Source: an uncultured Gammaproteobacteria bacterium
GTDB lineage: Bacteria > Pseudomonadota > Gammaproteobacteria > Steroidobacterales > JBCCMA01
Assembly: GCA_964639265.1 (NCBI GenBank)
Contig: CAZXCL010000004.1
Span: forward strand, 20,900-84,899
Length of the DNA stretch: 64,000 nt
Reading direction: 5' to 3'
Shown here: positions 28,990-38,583 of the stretch, piece by piece
How positions within the stretch are numbered: the stretch's first letter is position 1
Layout of the letters: each line of letters begins with the position of its first letter
Notes under the pieces: model-generated
Database searches by the model: none
The model's input: the letters and a program-made list of their open reading frames with translations, nothing else
What the model was told of the DNA's origin: nothing
Position numbers and translations under genes: made by a program

Positions 28990-29445
28990 ATGACCATTCG
29001 CTTCATTCACACTGCATTGACGTCGGCGTTGCTAATGATTGCCGCGATCAGTTACGCGGGGCCCGATGAGAGCTTCAAGACGCCTTCGCTTGGAGGCTAT
29101 AGCCCGGTATCGTATTTCACTGAAGGGGCGGCTCAGCTTGGTGATCCCGCGTTTGCGGTCAACTACAAGGGCAAGCGGTATTTCCTGACGTCCGAGGAGC
29201 AGGTTGCGCTGTTTGAGGCCGACCCGCAGAAATACCAGCCGCGCCACGGCGTTTGCACCTACAGCCTCGCGCTTGGCATGGTGCGGCCGCTAAATCCTAC
29301 GAAGTTTAAAATCGTTGACGGCAGCCTGCTGCTGTTTCACGTTGACGAGGACAAGGATGCGCTGTTTGAATGGAACCGCTCGCAGATAGATGAAAGGGAA
29401 TTACTGCGCCGCGCCGACAACAACCTGTTTCTGGTTAAGTTCTGA
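28990..29445 (+). CDS. Secreted YHS domain protein
   Basis: 'GGYSPVSYFT', 'YKGKRYFLTSEEQVALFEADPQKYQP'. Confidence 0.8.
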   Translation: MTIRFIHTALTSALLMIAAISYAGPDESFKTPSLGGYSPVSYFTEGAAQLGDPAFAVNYKGKRYFLTSEEQVALFEADPQKYQPRHGVCTYSLALGMVRPLNPTKFKIVDGSLLLFHVDEDKDALFEWNRSQIDERELLRRADNNLFLVKF

Positions 29446-29475
29446 TCGGCGCGCGTCGACGCCACGGAGTTTTGT

Positions 29476-30114
29476 ATGATGGCCATCCAACGCTTTTTTC
29501 TGATCGGCGCTGTGGCACTGGGTCTTGCGGCATGTGCCGCGCCCATTGTTGAGCAGCAGCGATCGGGTTTTTTGAGCAGCTACAAGTTGCTGGCGCCGGT
29601 AGAGAAAAACGCACACCGATTTACCAATCCCGCCATTGCAGACTATCGAGAAATAATCATCGATGAGCCGGTGTACTTGCTTGACGGGGCATCCGCCGAC
29701 GGTGGCGATATGTTCTCCGAAGACGAGCTCGAGGCATTGAGCGACTACATACGTGAACGCCTGGAGAAGGTTCTGACCAAGGACGAGCGTTTTGCGATAG
29801 CGTCCGCGCCAGGTCCCGGCGTCGCGCGTGTGCGCGTTGCGCTGACGGCTATAGACGCGTCGCAGGGTCTGTTAAACCTGACTCTGTATACGAAGGTCAC
29901 AGGCGCGGGTCTTGGCGGCGCAGCAATGGAATCCGAGATCGTTGATTCGGTCAGCAATGAGCAGCTAAGCGCCTCAGTGCAGTGGGGCAACGATAGTCGA
30001 TTCCTCAGAGCAGGCTTCAGCCGGCTGGGTGGCGCCAAGCTGCAAACCAATCGCTGGGTCAGGAGCTTGCGTCATCGAATCGAAGAGGCCGATGAGAACG
30101 CGGCAGCAAACTAG
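29476..30114 (+). CDS. DUF3313-like lipoprotein
   Basis: Lipobox LAAC; 'SGFLSSYKLL', 'PGPGVARVRVALT', 'MESEIVDSVSNEQL'. Confidence 0.75.
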   Translation: MMAIQRFFLIGAVALGLAACAAPIVEQQRSGFLSSYKLLAPVEKNAHRFTNPAIADYREIIIDEPVYLLDGASADGGDMFSEDELEALSDYIRERLEKVLTKDERFAIASAPGPGVARVRVALTAIDASQGLLNLTLYTKVTGAGLGGAAMESEIVDSVSNEQLSASVQWGNDSRFLRAGFSRLGGAKLQTNRWVRSLRHRIEEADENAAAN

Positions 30115-31691
30115 CTGCGCAGAAAATCGGTGACAGCCGCCACGAACTCACCAGAGGCTGCCTCGCGCCCCAGCAGCAGGTGTCCATCGCTCTCAAGCCC
30201 CACGAACTGCGCGTTCGGAATTTGCGCGGCGATATCCAGGCCCACCTCAAAGGGAATACGTCGATCACCGCGTGAGTGCAGAACCAGTGTGGGTACCTGT
30301 ACTTTGGCCAGCTGATCGCGCACGTCGATATCCCCGAAAGCGGACAAAAACCGCGCGGCATTTTCCGGCGATGTCGTATGACGTTGAAATTCGTTGAACC
30401 ATGACATCTCCTCGGGCGTCGCATCGGGCATGAAGGTGGAGGAGAAAATCTGTCGATAGGCCGGGTTGTTCCGGCCCCAGCCGGTTTCGGTCAGCGTCAT
30501 GATGGCCTCGCGTTCGCGTATCAATGCCTCGTCGGCATCGATGCGCCAGCCCGCGGCGTAGGCGCCGAACAGCACCAGATGGCTAACGCGCTCGGGATGG
30601 CGCACAGCATACTCAATGGACACCGATGCGCCCTGTGATATGCCGAGCAGGGCAAATCGCTCGACGTCGCAGGCGTCGACGACCGATTCGAGGTCGTTTA
30701 TGAACGCGTCGAAGCTGATGTCCTTGACCTCCCAGTCTGACAGGCCATTGCCGCGTTCGTCATAGCGCACGAGTTGATGGCTTTGCGCAATCTGTCGAAA
30801 CAATGGACTCCAGATCGGCGCGTCCCAGTCCAGTGCGAGGTGGCTCAGCCAGTTGGCGGCCTTGATCACCGCCGGGCCCTCACCGACCGTCGCGTAGGCA
30901 ATGCGTGCACCGTCAGATGCCTCGCAAAACTGGATGCGCTGGCGTGCCAGGAGTTCGCGGTCTTGTGTTTCCTCGTCGATCGGCGTTGTGCGTTGGGCGG
31001 GTTTGCGCTCCCAGACAAGCGGCACGCCGGCATTGCGAAACCGAGTGGCCAGTTCCGTCTCAAGCCGTGCCGCGTCGGCCAGCTGACCAAAGCGTCGATG
31101 GTCCGCAGTGAGTTGGCGCGCTGCGTCGGCGTTGTAGGGATCGCGCTCAAGCCAACGCTCGGACCACAGCAGCGCTTCGTCGGCGGGGAGTTCTGCGTGT
31201 TGCCGGATAAGGCTGGCCACTCTGGCGGCAAGCTTGTCGATCTGGGTGCGCTCGCCCTGCAGCCAGCGCGCGAAAGGCTCCTGACGCGGAAGATCGATAC
31301 CGGCGAGCAGGGTGTCGTCAAGCTGCTCGGCGATGGCGCGCAGGGCTTCGAGCGGAAGGTCCTGTTCCTCCAGTCGGGCGCCGATTTCAAGCGTGTCGAG
31401 AGAGACGTCCGAGGTATCGAGCTCCACGCGTTCACGATCGGCGACAATGCGTGGCCGATCGGCCCTGTTAACAATCGGCCGCAGTTTGCTCAAAGACCAG
31501 CGCAGCGCTGCGCGCGGATCGTCGGGCACCTCCCAGAGCAGCTCGCACAGGCGATCGCGCCGATGCGGGCGGGCCGTGATGGCCAGGTAGGCCAGCAAAG
31601 CACGAGTTTTGCGTGAGGCGGGCAGCGCGGCGGTTTCCCCGTCTACGGACACGCGCAGTTCCCCCAACACCTGAATTTGAAGCTTGGTCAT
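30111..31691 (-). CDS. SARP/AfsR-type regulator (wHTH-BTAD) fused to an alpha/beta hydrolase
   Basis: N-terminal 'VLGELRV', 'RKTRALLAYL', 'ALRWSLSKLR'; C-terminal 'YDERGNGLSD', GISQG, 'LHSRGD', 'SDGH'. Confidence 0.85.
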   Translation of the reverse strand: MTKLQIQVLGELRVSVDGETAALPASRKTRALLAYLAITARPHRRDRLCELLWEVPDDPRAALRWSLSKLRPIVNRADRPRIVADRERVELDTSDVSLDTLEIGARLEEQDLPLEALRAIAEQLDDTLLAGIDLPRQEPFARWLQGERTQIDKLAARVASLIRQHAELPADEALLWSERWLERDPYNADAARQLTADHRRFGQLADAARLETELATRFRNAGVPLVWERKPAQRTTPIDEETQDRELLARQRIQFCEASDGARIAYATVGEGPAVIKAANWLSHLALDWDAPIWSPLFRQIAQSHQLVRYDERGNGLSDWEVKDISFDAFINDLESVVDACDVERFALLGISQGASVSIEYAVRHPERVSHLVLFGAYAAGWRIDADEALIREREAIMTLTETGWGRNNPAYRQIFSSTFMPDATPEEMSWFNEFQRHTTSPENAARFLSAFGDIDVRDQLAKVQVPTLVLHSRGDRRIPFEVGLDIAAQIPNAQFVGLESDGHLLLGREAASGEFVAAVTDFLRS

Positions 31692-31733
31692 AGCGTCTTC
31701 CCCTGAAGCAGGCCGCCCTATTGTGCGCAATTT

Positions 31734-31763
31734 CCACGCTGGCACCAACGCTCTTTGCAACGT
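31734..31763 (+). promoter_or_regulatory. Three direct hexamer repeats with 12-bp period (candidate SARP binding site)
   Basis: CCACGC 31734, CAACGC 31746, CAACGT 31758 in the divergent intergenic region. Confidence 0.5.
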
Positions 31764-31821
31764 TGCCCTGTCATTGTGCAAACCGTCGCGGTGATCGCAT
31801 GTGCTCAACCTGGAGGGAACC

Positions 31822-32616
31822 ATGTTTGAAGTCCTTAACCTGCCTCATACCCTGCTTCTGATCGGCGTTTTTGCGCTCTTTGTCCTGCTCGACTATCTGG
31901 CACCGGAACGTCGCTACGCCCAGTCGCGCTGGTGGCGATTGCGCGGCATCGTGTCGGCGCTGGTCTATTTTGCGCTGGCAACCTACTCGCCCTATCTGTG
32001 GTCCGAGGCGCTGTCCGCGCATTTGCTCTTTGATGCAACCGAATGGTCGCTACTGGTCGCCGTCCCGGTGGGCTATGCATTGATGCAGCTGGTGCACTAT
32101 CTGTGGCACCGCGCGCTGCACCGTTTCGACGTACTGTGGCGTCTTTTCCATCAGATGCATCACAGCGCAGAGCGGCTCGATATCTACGGTGCCCTGTATT
32201 TCCACCCGTTGGACGTCATCGGATTCACGTTTGCCAACAGCTTTGCCCTTACGGTCATTCTTGGTTTGTCCCCTGCCGCCGCGGCGCTGTGCGGTGCACT
32301 CGCTGGCCTCCTGGCGCTGTTTTCCCACGCCAATCTGCGCACGCCGCGCTGGCTGGGATTTTTTATCGCGCGGCCCGAAGTCCACGCCGTGCATCATCAG
32401 CGCGGCCGCCACGGCTCCAACTACGGCGAGCTCATGCTGTGGGATCAGGTCTTCGGCAGCTTCTGCAACCCGCATCGCTCAGAACTAGAGGTGGGGTTTT
32501 ACGACGGCGCGTCCGAGCGTGTGGTTGAGGCCCTGCTTGGGCGCGACATCAGTGAACCGCCCAAGGTCAATCCGGATGCCCAGCGTCCCGCCGTGCTCAA
32601 GAAATTCGCTCACTGA
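31822..32616 (+). CDS. Sterol desaturase / fatty acid hydroxylase family protein
   Basis: His boxes HRALH, HQMHH, HAVHH; 'NYG...WDQVFG'. Confidence 0.88.
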   Translation: MFEVLNLPHTLLLIGVFALFVLLDYLAPERRYAQSRWWRLRGIVSALVYFALATYSPYLWSEALSAHLLFDATEWSLLVAVPVGYALMQLVHYLWHRALHRFDVLWRLFHQMHHSAERLDIYGALYFHPLDVIGFTFANSFALTVILGLSPAAAALCGALAGLLALFSHANLRTPRWLGFFIARPEVHAVHHQRGRHGSNYGELMLWDQVFGSFCNPHRSELEVGFYDGASERVVEALLGRDISEPPKVNPDAQRPAVLKKFAH

Positions 32617-32617
32617 A

Positions 32618-32664
32618 CTCGCGCGCAAAAACCTCGCGCGCAAAAACAACGCGCAATTCAACGC
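32618..32664 (+). repeat. 15-bp tandem duplication followed by two CAACGC repeats 12 bp apart
   Basis: CTCGCGCGCAAAAAC x2 (32618-32647); CAACGC at 32647 and 32659. Confidence 0.7.
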
Positions 32665-32729
32665 GGCTTCACACACCGCATCACTAATGTGTGTTTCGCA
32701 ACTTTGCACAACCGTTACCTAAGGAGAGG

Positions 32730-33527
32730 ATGATGATGAAATTCAAATCGAAAACCGCGGCGCTTCTGGTCGCTATGCTGCCTGCGACGTTTAGCCTGGC
32801 GGGGGCCCAGACCGGATCGGGCGATCGCTGTGCCGGAACGGCCGATGTGCTGATCGGCGCCGACGATGACAACGTGGATAACCCGATTATTCAGCCGATC
32901 GCGCCGCCGCCGAATCAAAGCCTGAACAACGCCGATATCCTGCAGGGTTTTGGCGGCTGCGATGTACTGATCGGTCTCAAGGGCAATGACGTGCTCGACG
33001 GTGGCGACGGCCCCGACATTACCATTGGCGGCGTCGAGCGTTTCGATCCAGAGGGCTTCGGCAACCGGGACGTGATCTTTGGTGGTGCCGGCAACGACAC
33101 CAATCTGTGGGCGCCGGGTGATGGCAGCGATGCGTTTATCGGCGGGCCCGGCGGGCGCGATGCGCAGGTATTTGGCTTGATCGACACCGGTTTTGACGAT
33201 GTGCCAGATCTTGCGGCCGTCAGCGGCACGTTCAGCGAGACGGGACTGCCAACGGCCAACCTGACCGGATCGCCCGGCTTTTGCCGACTCGAATACGTGG
33301 GTGATCAGAACCTCGGCTTTGATTTTCTGGTGCGTTTTTTCGTGCGCGCGACAGGCAATCTGGCGGTAACCATTCGACTCACAGACGTTGAGCAGGTGTT
33401 TTGCACCAGCGAGGCCGGCGGCGCGATTACCTATGCCGATCTTACGTCGAGTCATCCGCAGTTTGTGATTGTGGGACCGGACAAAGTTCGGGCATTGAAT
33501 CCGACGGTGGGGCGTATCGTCTACTAG
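32730..33527 (+). CDS. Secreted RTX/hemolysin-type Ca2+-binding repeat protein
   Basis: AAGGAG RBS; signal peptide; nonapeptide-like repeats 'LKGNDVLDGGDGPD', 'GGAGNDT', 'GDGSDAFIGG'. Confidence 0.75.
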   Translation: MMMKFKSKTAALLVAMLPATFSLAGAQTGSGDRCAGTADVLIGADDDNVDNPIIQPIAPPPNQSLNNADILQGFGGCDVLIGLKGNDVLDGGDGPDITIGGVERFDPEGFGNRDVIFGGAGNDTNLWAPGDGSDAFIGGPGGRDAQVFGLIDTGFDDVPDLAAVSGTFSETGLPTANLTGSPGFCRLEYVGDQNLGFDFLVRFFVRATGNLAVTIRLTDVEQVFCTSEAGGAITYADLTSSHPQFVIVGPDKVRALNPTVGRIVY

Positions 33528-33583
33528 TCGTTTTGACACGCGGGTGTACGTTTCAGGACACTTCCGTGATGACTCGAGGTTTC

Positions 33584-33614
33584 GTGGGCACCAAGATACT
33601 GTCTTGGTGCCCAC
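33584..33614. repeat. Perfect 13-bp inverted repeat (REP-like hairpin or terminator)
   Basis: GTGGGCACCAAGA-TACTG-TCTTGGTGCCCAC. Confidence 0.7.
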
Positions 33615-33634
33615 ACTTTATTTTGGAGATCGTT

Positions 33635-34390
33635 ATGGGACGGGAAATTCGCACGCTGTTTGTCGCGCTCGGTCTGTCAACGGCGTTGGCGGCCACGGCA
33701 GAGCCGCTCACGACGTTTCAAAGCGGATCACAACAGACCCAGCTCATCGAGCTTTATACCTCAGAGGGCTGCAGCAGCTGTCCGCCAGCCGAACGCTGGT
33801 TTACCGAGCTTGGTCAGGAAGACGGGTTGTGGAGCGAGTATGTGCCCGTCGCGTTTCATGTGACCTACTGGAACTATCTGGGCTGGCGCGACGCGCTGTC
33901 CGATGCTGCATTCGATCAGCGTCAGCGCCAACGCGCGGCTGGTGCACGCAGTAGCGTGTACACGCCCGGTGTGTTCCGCGACGGTGCCGAGTTTCGTCAG
34001 TGGCGACGGCTGCGTGCTGCGCCCAAGGTCACGTCTTCCGCTGCGGTCGGTCAGCTCACCGTGAGCGTGAGCGATAGCGACATTGTGGCGCGCTTCGATA
34101 CGACAGAGGCCGGCGCTGCGCCCGATCAGGATCTGGCGCTCGAGGTGGCCGTGCTCTCGAGCGGTATTTCTTCGAACGTCAAGGCGGGAGAAAATCGCGG
34201 CCGCTCACTACGTCACGATTTTGTCGTGGTGGATTTGCAAAGCGAAACGCTCAAACGTGACAACGACGTGTGGCTCGCTCGCGTGCCGCTGCCGGCCACC
34301 GACGGGGTGTCCAGACCAGCGCTGGCGGCATGGGTTGTCGATGCACAGGGCCGACCTGTGCAGGCTACGGGTGGTTGGCTGCCCAATTAG
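33635..34390 (+). CDS. DUF1223 thioredoxin-like secreted protein
   Basis: 'ELYTSEGCSSCPPA', 'FHVTYWNYLGWRD', 'AGENRGRSL.HDFVV'. Confidence 0.87.
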   Translation: MGREIRTLFVALGLSTALAATAEPLTTFQSGSQQTQLIELYTSEGCSSCPPAERWFTELGQEDGLWSEYVPVAFHVTYWNYLGWRDALSDAAFDQRQRQRAAGARSSVYTPGVFRDGAEFRQWRRLRAAPKVTSSAAVGQLTVSVSDSDIVARFDTTEAGAAPDQDLALEVAVLSSGISSNVKAGENRGRSLRHDFVVVDLQSETLKRDNDVWLARVPLPATDGVSRPALAAWVVDAQGRPVQATGGWLPN

Positions 34391-34393
34391 TGC

Positions 34394-35197
34394 TCAAGGA
34401 CGCGTCCAGATCAGATCGACCTGTTGATCGTCGTTGGCAAGCTGATCGCCGCTAATCGCTTCGAGTCCGTTGCCGCTCAGCCGGTGCGCACTGAAGCCGG
34501 CGTCGTGCATAAGCCTGAGAAGCTCGCTCGGCTCAAGATCGCCGCGCCGCATAAACGCCGGTGAGTATTCCAGCACTACCCGAGGACAGCGCGTAAGCGT
34601 TTGTGAAGCGCCTCTAAGCGCAATCAGCTCAAAGCCCTCTATGTCTATTTTCAAGAGGGCGGGGCGTCGGGCCCGGAGCGCGTCGTCATGACCAATCACA
34701 TCGTCCAGCCGCGCGGTCGCAATCTCGACCGTCTCGCCGTCGTGGATGGGCAAAAGCGAATGGCGGCCGCGGTTGTTGCCGGAAAAAAGATGCAGCGTGG
34801 CGCCGTCCTGATTGTCTGAAAGCGCCAGCGGCTCAGCGATAACCTTGTCGGCAAGTCCGTTCGCCGCGATGTTGTGCTTGAGCAGCGCGTAGTTGCCGGG
34901 ATCGGGCTCAAAGCACAGCACGTTGGCGTCAACCTCGCGACAGGCGTCGCCAAACAGTACGCTGAACCAGCCGATGTTGGCGCCGATGTCGATCATCAGA
35001 TCGCCGTCGCGGGCGTGCAGCGTGCGCCGCAAGTAGTCGCTCATGGCCGGGTCGTGCTGACCGTATTTGAAGATATGTCGACCCACCACGTCCTCGGTGT
35101 TGACGCGGAAGACTCTTCCGTCGTGGCGGGCGGTCAGTTGAGACCGGCGCAGGACGAAGCGTTGGAAGGCGTAATTAACGGCTCGAAGTGTGGACAT
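34394..35197 (-). CDS. FkbM-family methyltransferase
   Basis: 'IDIGANIG', 'FEPDP', 'LKIDIEGFE'. Confidence 0.88.
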   Translation of the reverse strand: MSTLRAVNYAFQRFVLRRSQLTARHDGRVFRVNTEDVVGRHIFKYGQHDPAMSDYLRRTLHARDGDLMIDIGANIGWFSVLFGDACREVDANVLCFEPDPGNYALLKHNIAANGLADKVIAEPLALSDNQDGATLHLFSGNNRGRHSLLPIHDGETVEIATARLDDVIGHDDALRARRPALLKIDIEGFELIALRGASQTLTRCPRVVLEYSPAFMRRGDLEPSELLRLMHDAGFSAHRLSGNGLEAISGDQLANDDQQVDLIWTRP

Positions 35198-35369
35198 GGT
35201 GCGGGTCGAAGGGCTCGCGTTACAGCTCAAATCTGGCGCTACCTTAACCCGTTTGCTCCCGTCGATGGCAACCTTGTCAAACTTAAGACCTGTCTGTGTC
35301 GGTGGCGTGAGGGAATTGTCGCGCCCATGGCGCAGTAAAGACAGGCACGTGAAAAACAGGAGCAGGACG

Positions 35370-35789
35370 ATGAGCATGATCTGCCGACTGACGATATTGA
35401 CGGTTTTGGTATGGGGTCTGGGTGTGCCGGCATCGGCGCAGTCGATCGAACAGAGGTGGCGCGACGGTCTTGACGGTGCGCGGCTGGCCGCCTACGCGGG
35501 CTCCAACATCACCTCGAACAGTACCCTCACCATCATCGAGTTTTGCCGCGGCGGTCGCTATCGCTACTACAAAGAGGGCAGCTGGTCGGTGCCGGGACAG
35601 GCCGGTGGCGCATCGCAACGTGTGATCACCGGTGTCTGGGATATCACCCAGTATGGCGTCAGCACGCTGCTGACCTACGAAACTGACGCGGGGGAGAAGG
35701 GGGCGTTTCCCATTTCTCTGCAAAACAACGGCAAGGTCAATATAGGTGGTGTGGCCTATTCAGTGGAGCGCGGTGGCGCAACCTGCTGA
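35370..35789 (+). CDS. Hypothetical secreted protein
   Basis: AGGA RBS; signal peptide ending ASA-Q; small beta-rich mature domain with two Cys. Confidence 0.6.
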   Translation: MSMICRLTILTVLVWGLGVPASAQSIEQRWRDGLDGARLAAYAGSNITSNSTLTIIEFCRGGRYRYYKEGSWSVPGQAGGASQRVITGVWDITQYGVSTLLTYETDAGEKGAFPISLQNNGKVNIGGVAYSVERGGATC

Positions 35790-35809
35790 AGGCTCCGTCG
35801 ATGTCCGGA

Positions 35810-38482
35810 TTAAGTGGCTACACTTGCGGTTCGGCGTTTATTCAGCGTTTTCTCAATGGCGCCCTCGAGCTCGCTGACAGAAAACGGCTTGCGCAGGAAC
35901 GTGCAATCGTGGCCCACGGACTTTGAGTAGCCAGACATCAGCACAACCGGTAACTCCGGGCTGAGTTGGCGTAATTTTTTCACCAGCTCGAGCCCGTCGA
36001 GCTTGCCCGGCATCACGATATCCGTGATCACCAGATCGGGCAGGCTGCCGGTTTCAATCTTGTGCAGAGCGTCCATGGCGTTGTTCGCCGTGGTGACCTC
36101 CACGCCCAGCTGAGTCAGCGCGGGTTCGAGAACGTGCAGGAGTTCCGCCCTGTCCTCTACCGCCAGCACACGGGTGCCGGCCGGTATAAGCCTGGAAGCT
36201 GTGCTGGATGGCGTCTCGCTGCGGGCCTGTGTCGTCGCGACGGGCAGCGACAGCGTAATCGTCGTGCCCTTGTTGCGCTCGCTCTTGATGGTCAGATCGC
36301 CATCGGATTGTCTGGCAAAACCAAACACCATCGACAGCCCAAGCCCCGAGCCTTCGCCTCCTTCCTTGGTAGTGAAAAAGGGCTCTACGGCCTGCTCCCG
36401 GACAGCCTGAGTCATCCCGACGCCGTTATCCTGTACCACGATTTCGGCTCGCGACTGCTGCCTGGCGTCGGTCACGCTGCGCAGCGTGATCGATACGGTG
36501 CCGCCCCCGAGCATGGCCTCCCTCGCATTCAAAAGAAGGTTGAGCACAGCCGTTGTGAGCTGCCCCTTGTCAACGCGGGTAACGCACGGTTCGAAGTGCG
36601 TCGTGAGCGTTATGCGTTCGCCCAGCGTGTTGCGCCAGATGGGCAGCGCTTCGTTGAGAAAGTGGTCAAGCCGGATAAGTTCGGGATCAAGCGGCTGCTT
36701 GCGGACATAGGCCAGCAGGCCGCGCGTGATTTTGGCGCCTGTGTCTGCCGCGTTCTTGATGTGTGCAAGCGTTTCGCTGGCCTCAACGTCGCCACGAAAC
36801 CGGTTGCTGAGCTGATCAGCGCCGAGCGTGACCACGGTCATGAGATTGTTGAAGTCGTGGGCGATGCCGGCGGTCAGCTGGCCCATCGAGCGGAGTTTCT
36901 CTCCCTCGAGCATGGTCTCGCTGAGCTGGCGCTTTTCCACTTCTGCGGCCATGCGCTTGGCCATCTCGTCTTCGAGCTCGCGCGTCCGGGCTTTTACGTC
37001 GTCTTCCAGGCGCGCGTTGGCCACTCGTTCGGCATCGGCGGTGCGCTTTTGCAGGCGTCTTGAAAACAACAGCGCGATGAGGGCGAAGAGCATGCCGCCG
37101 ATAAGCCAGGTCTGGCGGCGAAGGGTGGTTTCACGCTCGGCTTTTTCGCGCAGCGCCGCCTCGCGCTCGCGCGAGCGCTCAAGCTCGAAAGTCCGCCGAT
37201 CGATTTCCAGTGATGCGTTCAGCCGCGCCAGCTGATATTGAAAGCTCGCGTCCCAAAGGCGCGATTCGATGCTTGCGGCCTCTTCCTGTGCTTGTTTGGC
37301 GCCTTGGGGATCGCCGGTAGCCTTGTAGGTAAGCGCCAGTTGGCGATAGGCATCAAGAAGCAGTTGATCCGGTTTGTCCGGCGGGATACTCGCGATCAGT
37401 CTTTTCAGTAGCTGGAGCGCTGCCAGCGGGTCACCCGACTCACGCAGTGCCTGCGCAAACGGCACGGCAACCAGCTGAATGCGGGAGTGCTGCAATCCCG
37501 TTGTAAAATTCTGGCCCGTGATGTCGAGCACTTTCTGGAAATTGGCCAGAGCATCATTCGGCTGTTTGTCGGTGAGCTGGATAATGCCAAGCCCGGTGTA
37601 GGCGTACGTCATCCCGTCAGGCAGTACCTGCTCCTTGGCCCGTTCAATGGCTTGCTTCAGCTCCCGTTGCGCGCCGTCGGTCTCGCCAAGCGCTGCACGC
37701 GCCTGTCCGATCATGGACTGGACCACCAGTTGCCGTGTGGGATACAGATCAACAACGGGCGAGTCTCTTGCTTCCTGCAGCATGGCGAGCGCTTCGCGTC
37801 CGCGCCCGAGATAGGTGTAGCTCGAAGCAAGATTCAACTGGGTGATGACCATCGGTCCGCTGAACGGAAGTTCGCGTGCGGCCTCCAGGGCGCTTTCAAA
37901 ATGCGGTAGCGACATGCGCGGGCGCAGGCGCGTCACAAAGTGCAAGCCCAGCATATTGTGAGTGGCGGCCATCAACGCGGCGTCGTCCACGGCTGCAGCC
38001 AGTATCAGCGCGCGTTCGGCTTCGGTTTGCGATCGGGTGTGGTCGCCTTCGCGATAGAAGTAGTACATCAGCGTTGTGACGTAGAACGCCTGTACAAACT
38101 CACTGTGTGCATCGACGTCAATTTCAAGAAGGTCGCCGCAGCTTCGGGTTGCTTCGGGCAATGACTGTCGATGTTCGAGCTGGCAGCGAAGGGCGGCAGC
38201 GACGACGGTTGCTTCCTGATCCAGCGTGGGAAGCGCCTCGGCCTGACGCAAATACTGGCCAACGGCCTCGGTGGACTGATGCAGGGCTCGGTCGGCCAGC
38301 GTCAGCAGCGCGCGGGCTTTTTGAAAGTCTGTTGCGCTGGAGTCAGCGCCAACGCGTTCAAGCAACGCGCTATCGGGCAGTCCGCGAACGGTGCCCCAGG
38401 GGTCCTCGCTTGTCGCAATGCTCACTAGCGGCGTCAGCCCGAGCCAGAGCCACAGCAAGCGTAGAATGCACCCTCGCAGCAT
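35810..38482 (-). CDS. Hybrid sensor histidine kinase/response regulator with periplasmic TPR region
   Basis: H-box 'AGIAHDFNNL', 'NLLLNAREAM', 'DNGVGM', 'PFFTTK..GSGLGL'; receiver 'ITDIVMPG', 'RKPF'. Confidence 0.92.
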   Translation of the reverse strand: MLRGCILRLLWLWLGLTPLVSIATSEDPWGTVRGLPDSALLERVGADSSATDFQKARALLTLADRALHQSTEAVGQYLRQAEALPTLDQEATVVAAALRCQLEHRQSLPEATRSCGDLLEIDVDAHSEFVQAFYVTTLMYYFYREGDHTRSQTEAERALILAAAVDDAALMAATHNMLGLHFVTRLRPRMSLPHFESALEAARELPFSGPMVITQLNLASSYTYLGRGREALAMLQEARDSPVVDLYPTRQLVVQSMIGQARAALGETDGAQRELKQAIERAKEQVLPDGMTYAYTGLGIIQLTDKQPNDALANFQKVLDITGQNFTTGLQHSRIQLVAVPFAQALRESGDPLAALQLLKRLIASIPPDKPDQLLLDAYRQLALTYKATGDPQGAKQAQEEAASIESRLWDASFQYQLARLNASLEIDRRTFELERSREREAALREKAERETTLRRQTWLIGGMLFALIALLFSRRLQKRTADAERVANARLEDDVKARTRELEDEMAKRMAAEVEKRQLSETMLEGEKLRSMGQLTAGIAHDFNNLMTVVTLGADQLSNRFRGDVEASETLAHIKNAADTGAKITRGLLAYVRKQPLDPELIRLDHFLNEALPIWRNTLGERITLTTHFEPCVTRVDKGQLTTAVLNLLLNAREAMLGGGTVSITLRSVTDARQQSRAEIVVQDNGVGMTQAVREQAVEPFFTTKEGGEGSGLGLSMVFGFARQSDGDLTIKSERNKGTTITLSLPVATTQARSETPSSTASRLIPAGTRVLAVEDRAELLHVLEPALTQLGVEVTTANNAMDALHKIETGSLPDLVITDIVMPGKLDGLELVKKLRQLSPELPVVLMSGYSKSVGHDCTFLRKPFSVSELEGAIEKTLNKRRTASVAT

Positions 38483-38583
38483 TACGCTCTCGTTCTTATT
38501 TAACGGTCGTAGAGCGTACTAGAGACTACGACACACTGCCATAGTTTGGGGTTGACACCGGTGTCGTTGACCTCTGCCTGAGC

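Noticed and set aside
28990-29445. Possible selenoprotein (YHS family)
   Set aside because: The relevant position is an ordinary Cys codon (HGVC) and there is no in-frame TGA
32618-32664. CRISPR-like repeat
   Set aside because: Only two abutting 15-bp units, with no spacers and no cas genes
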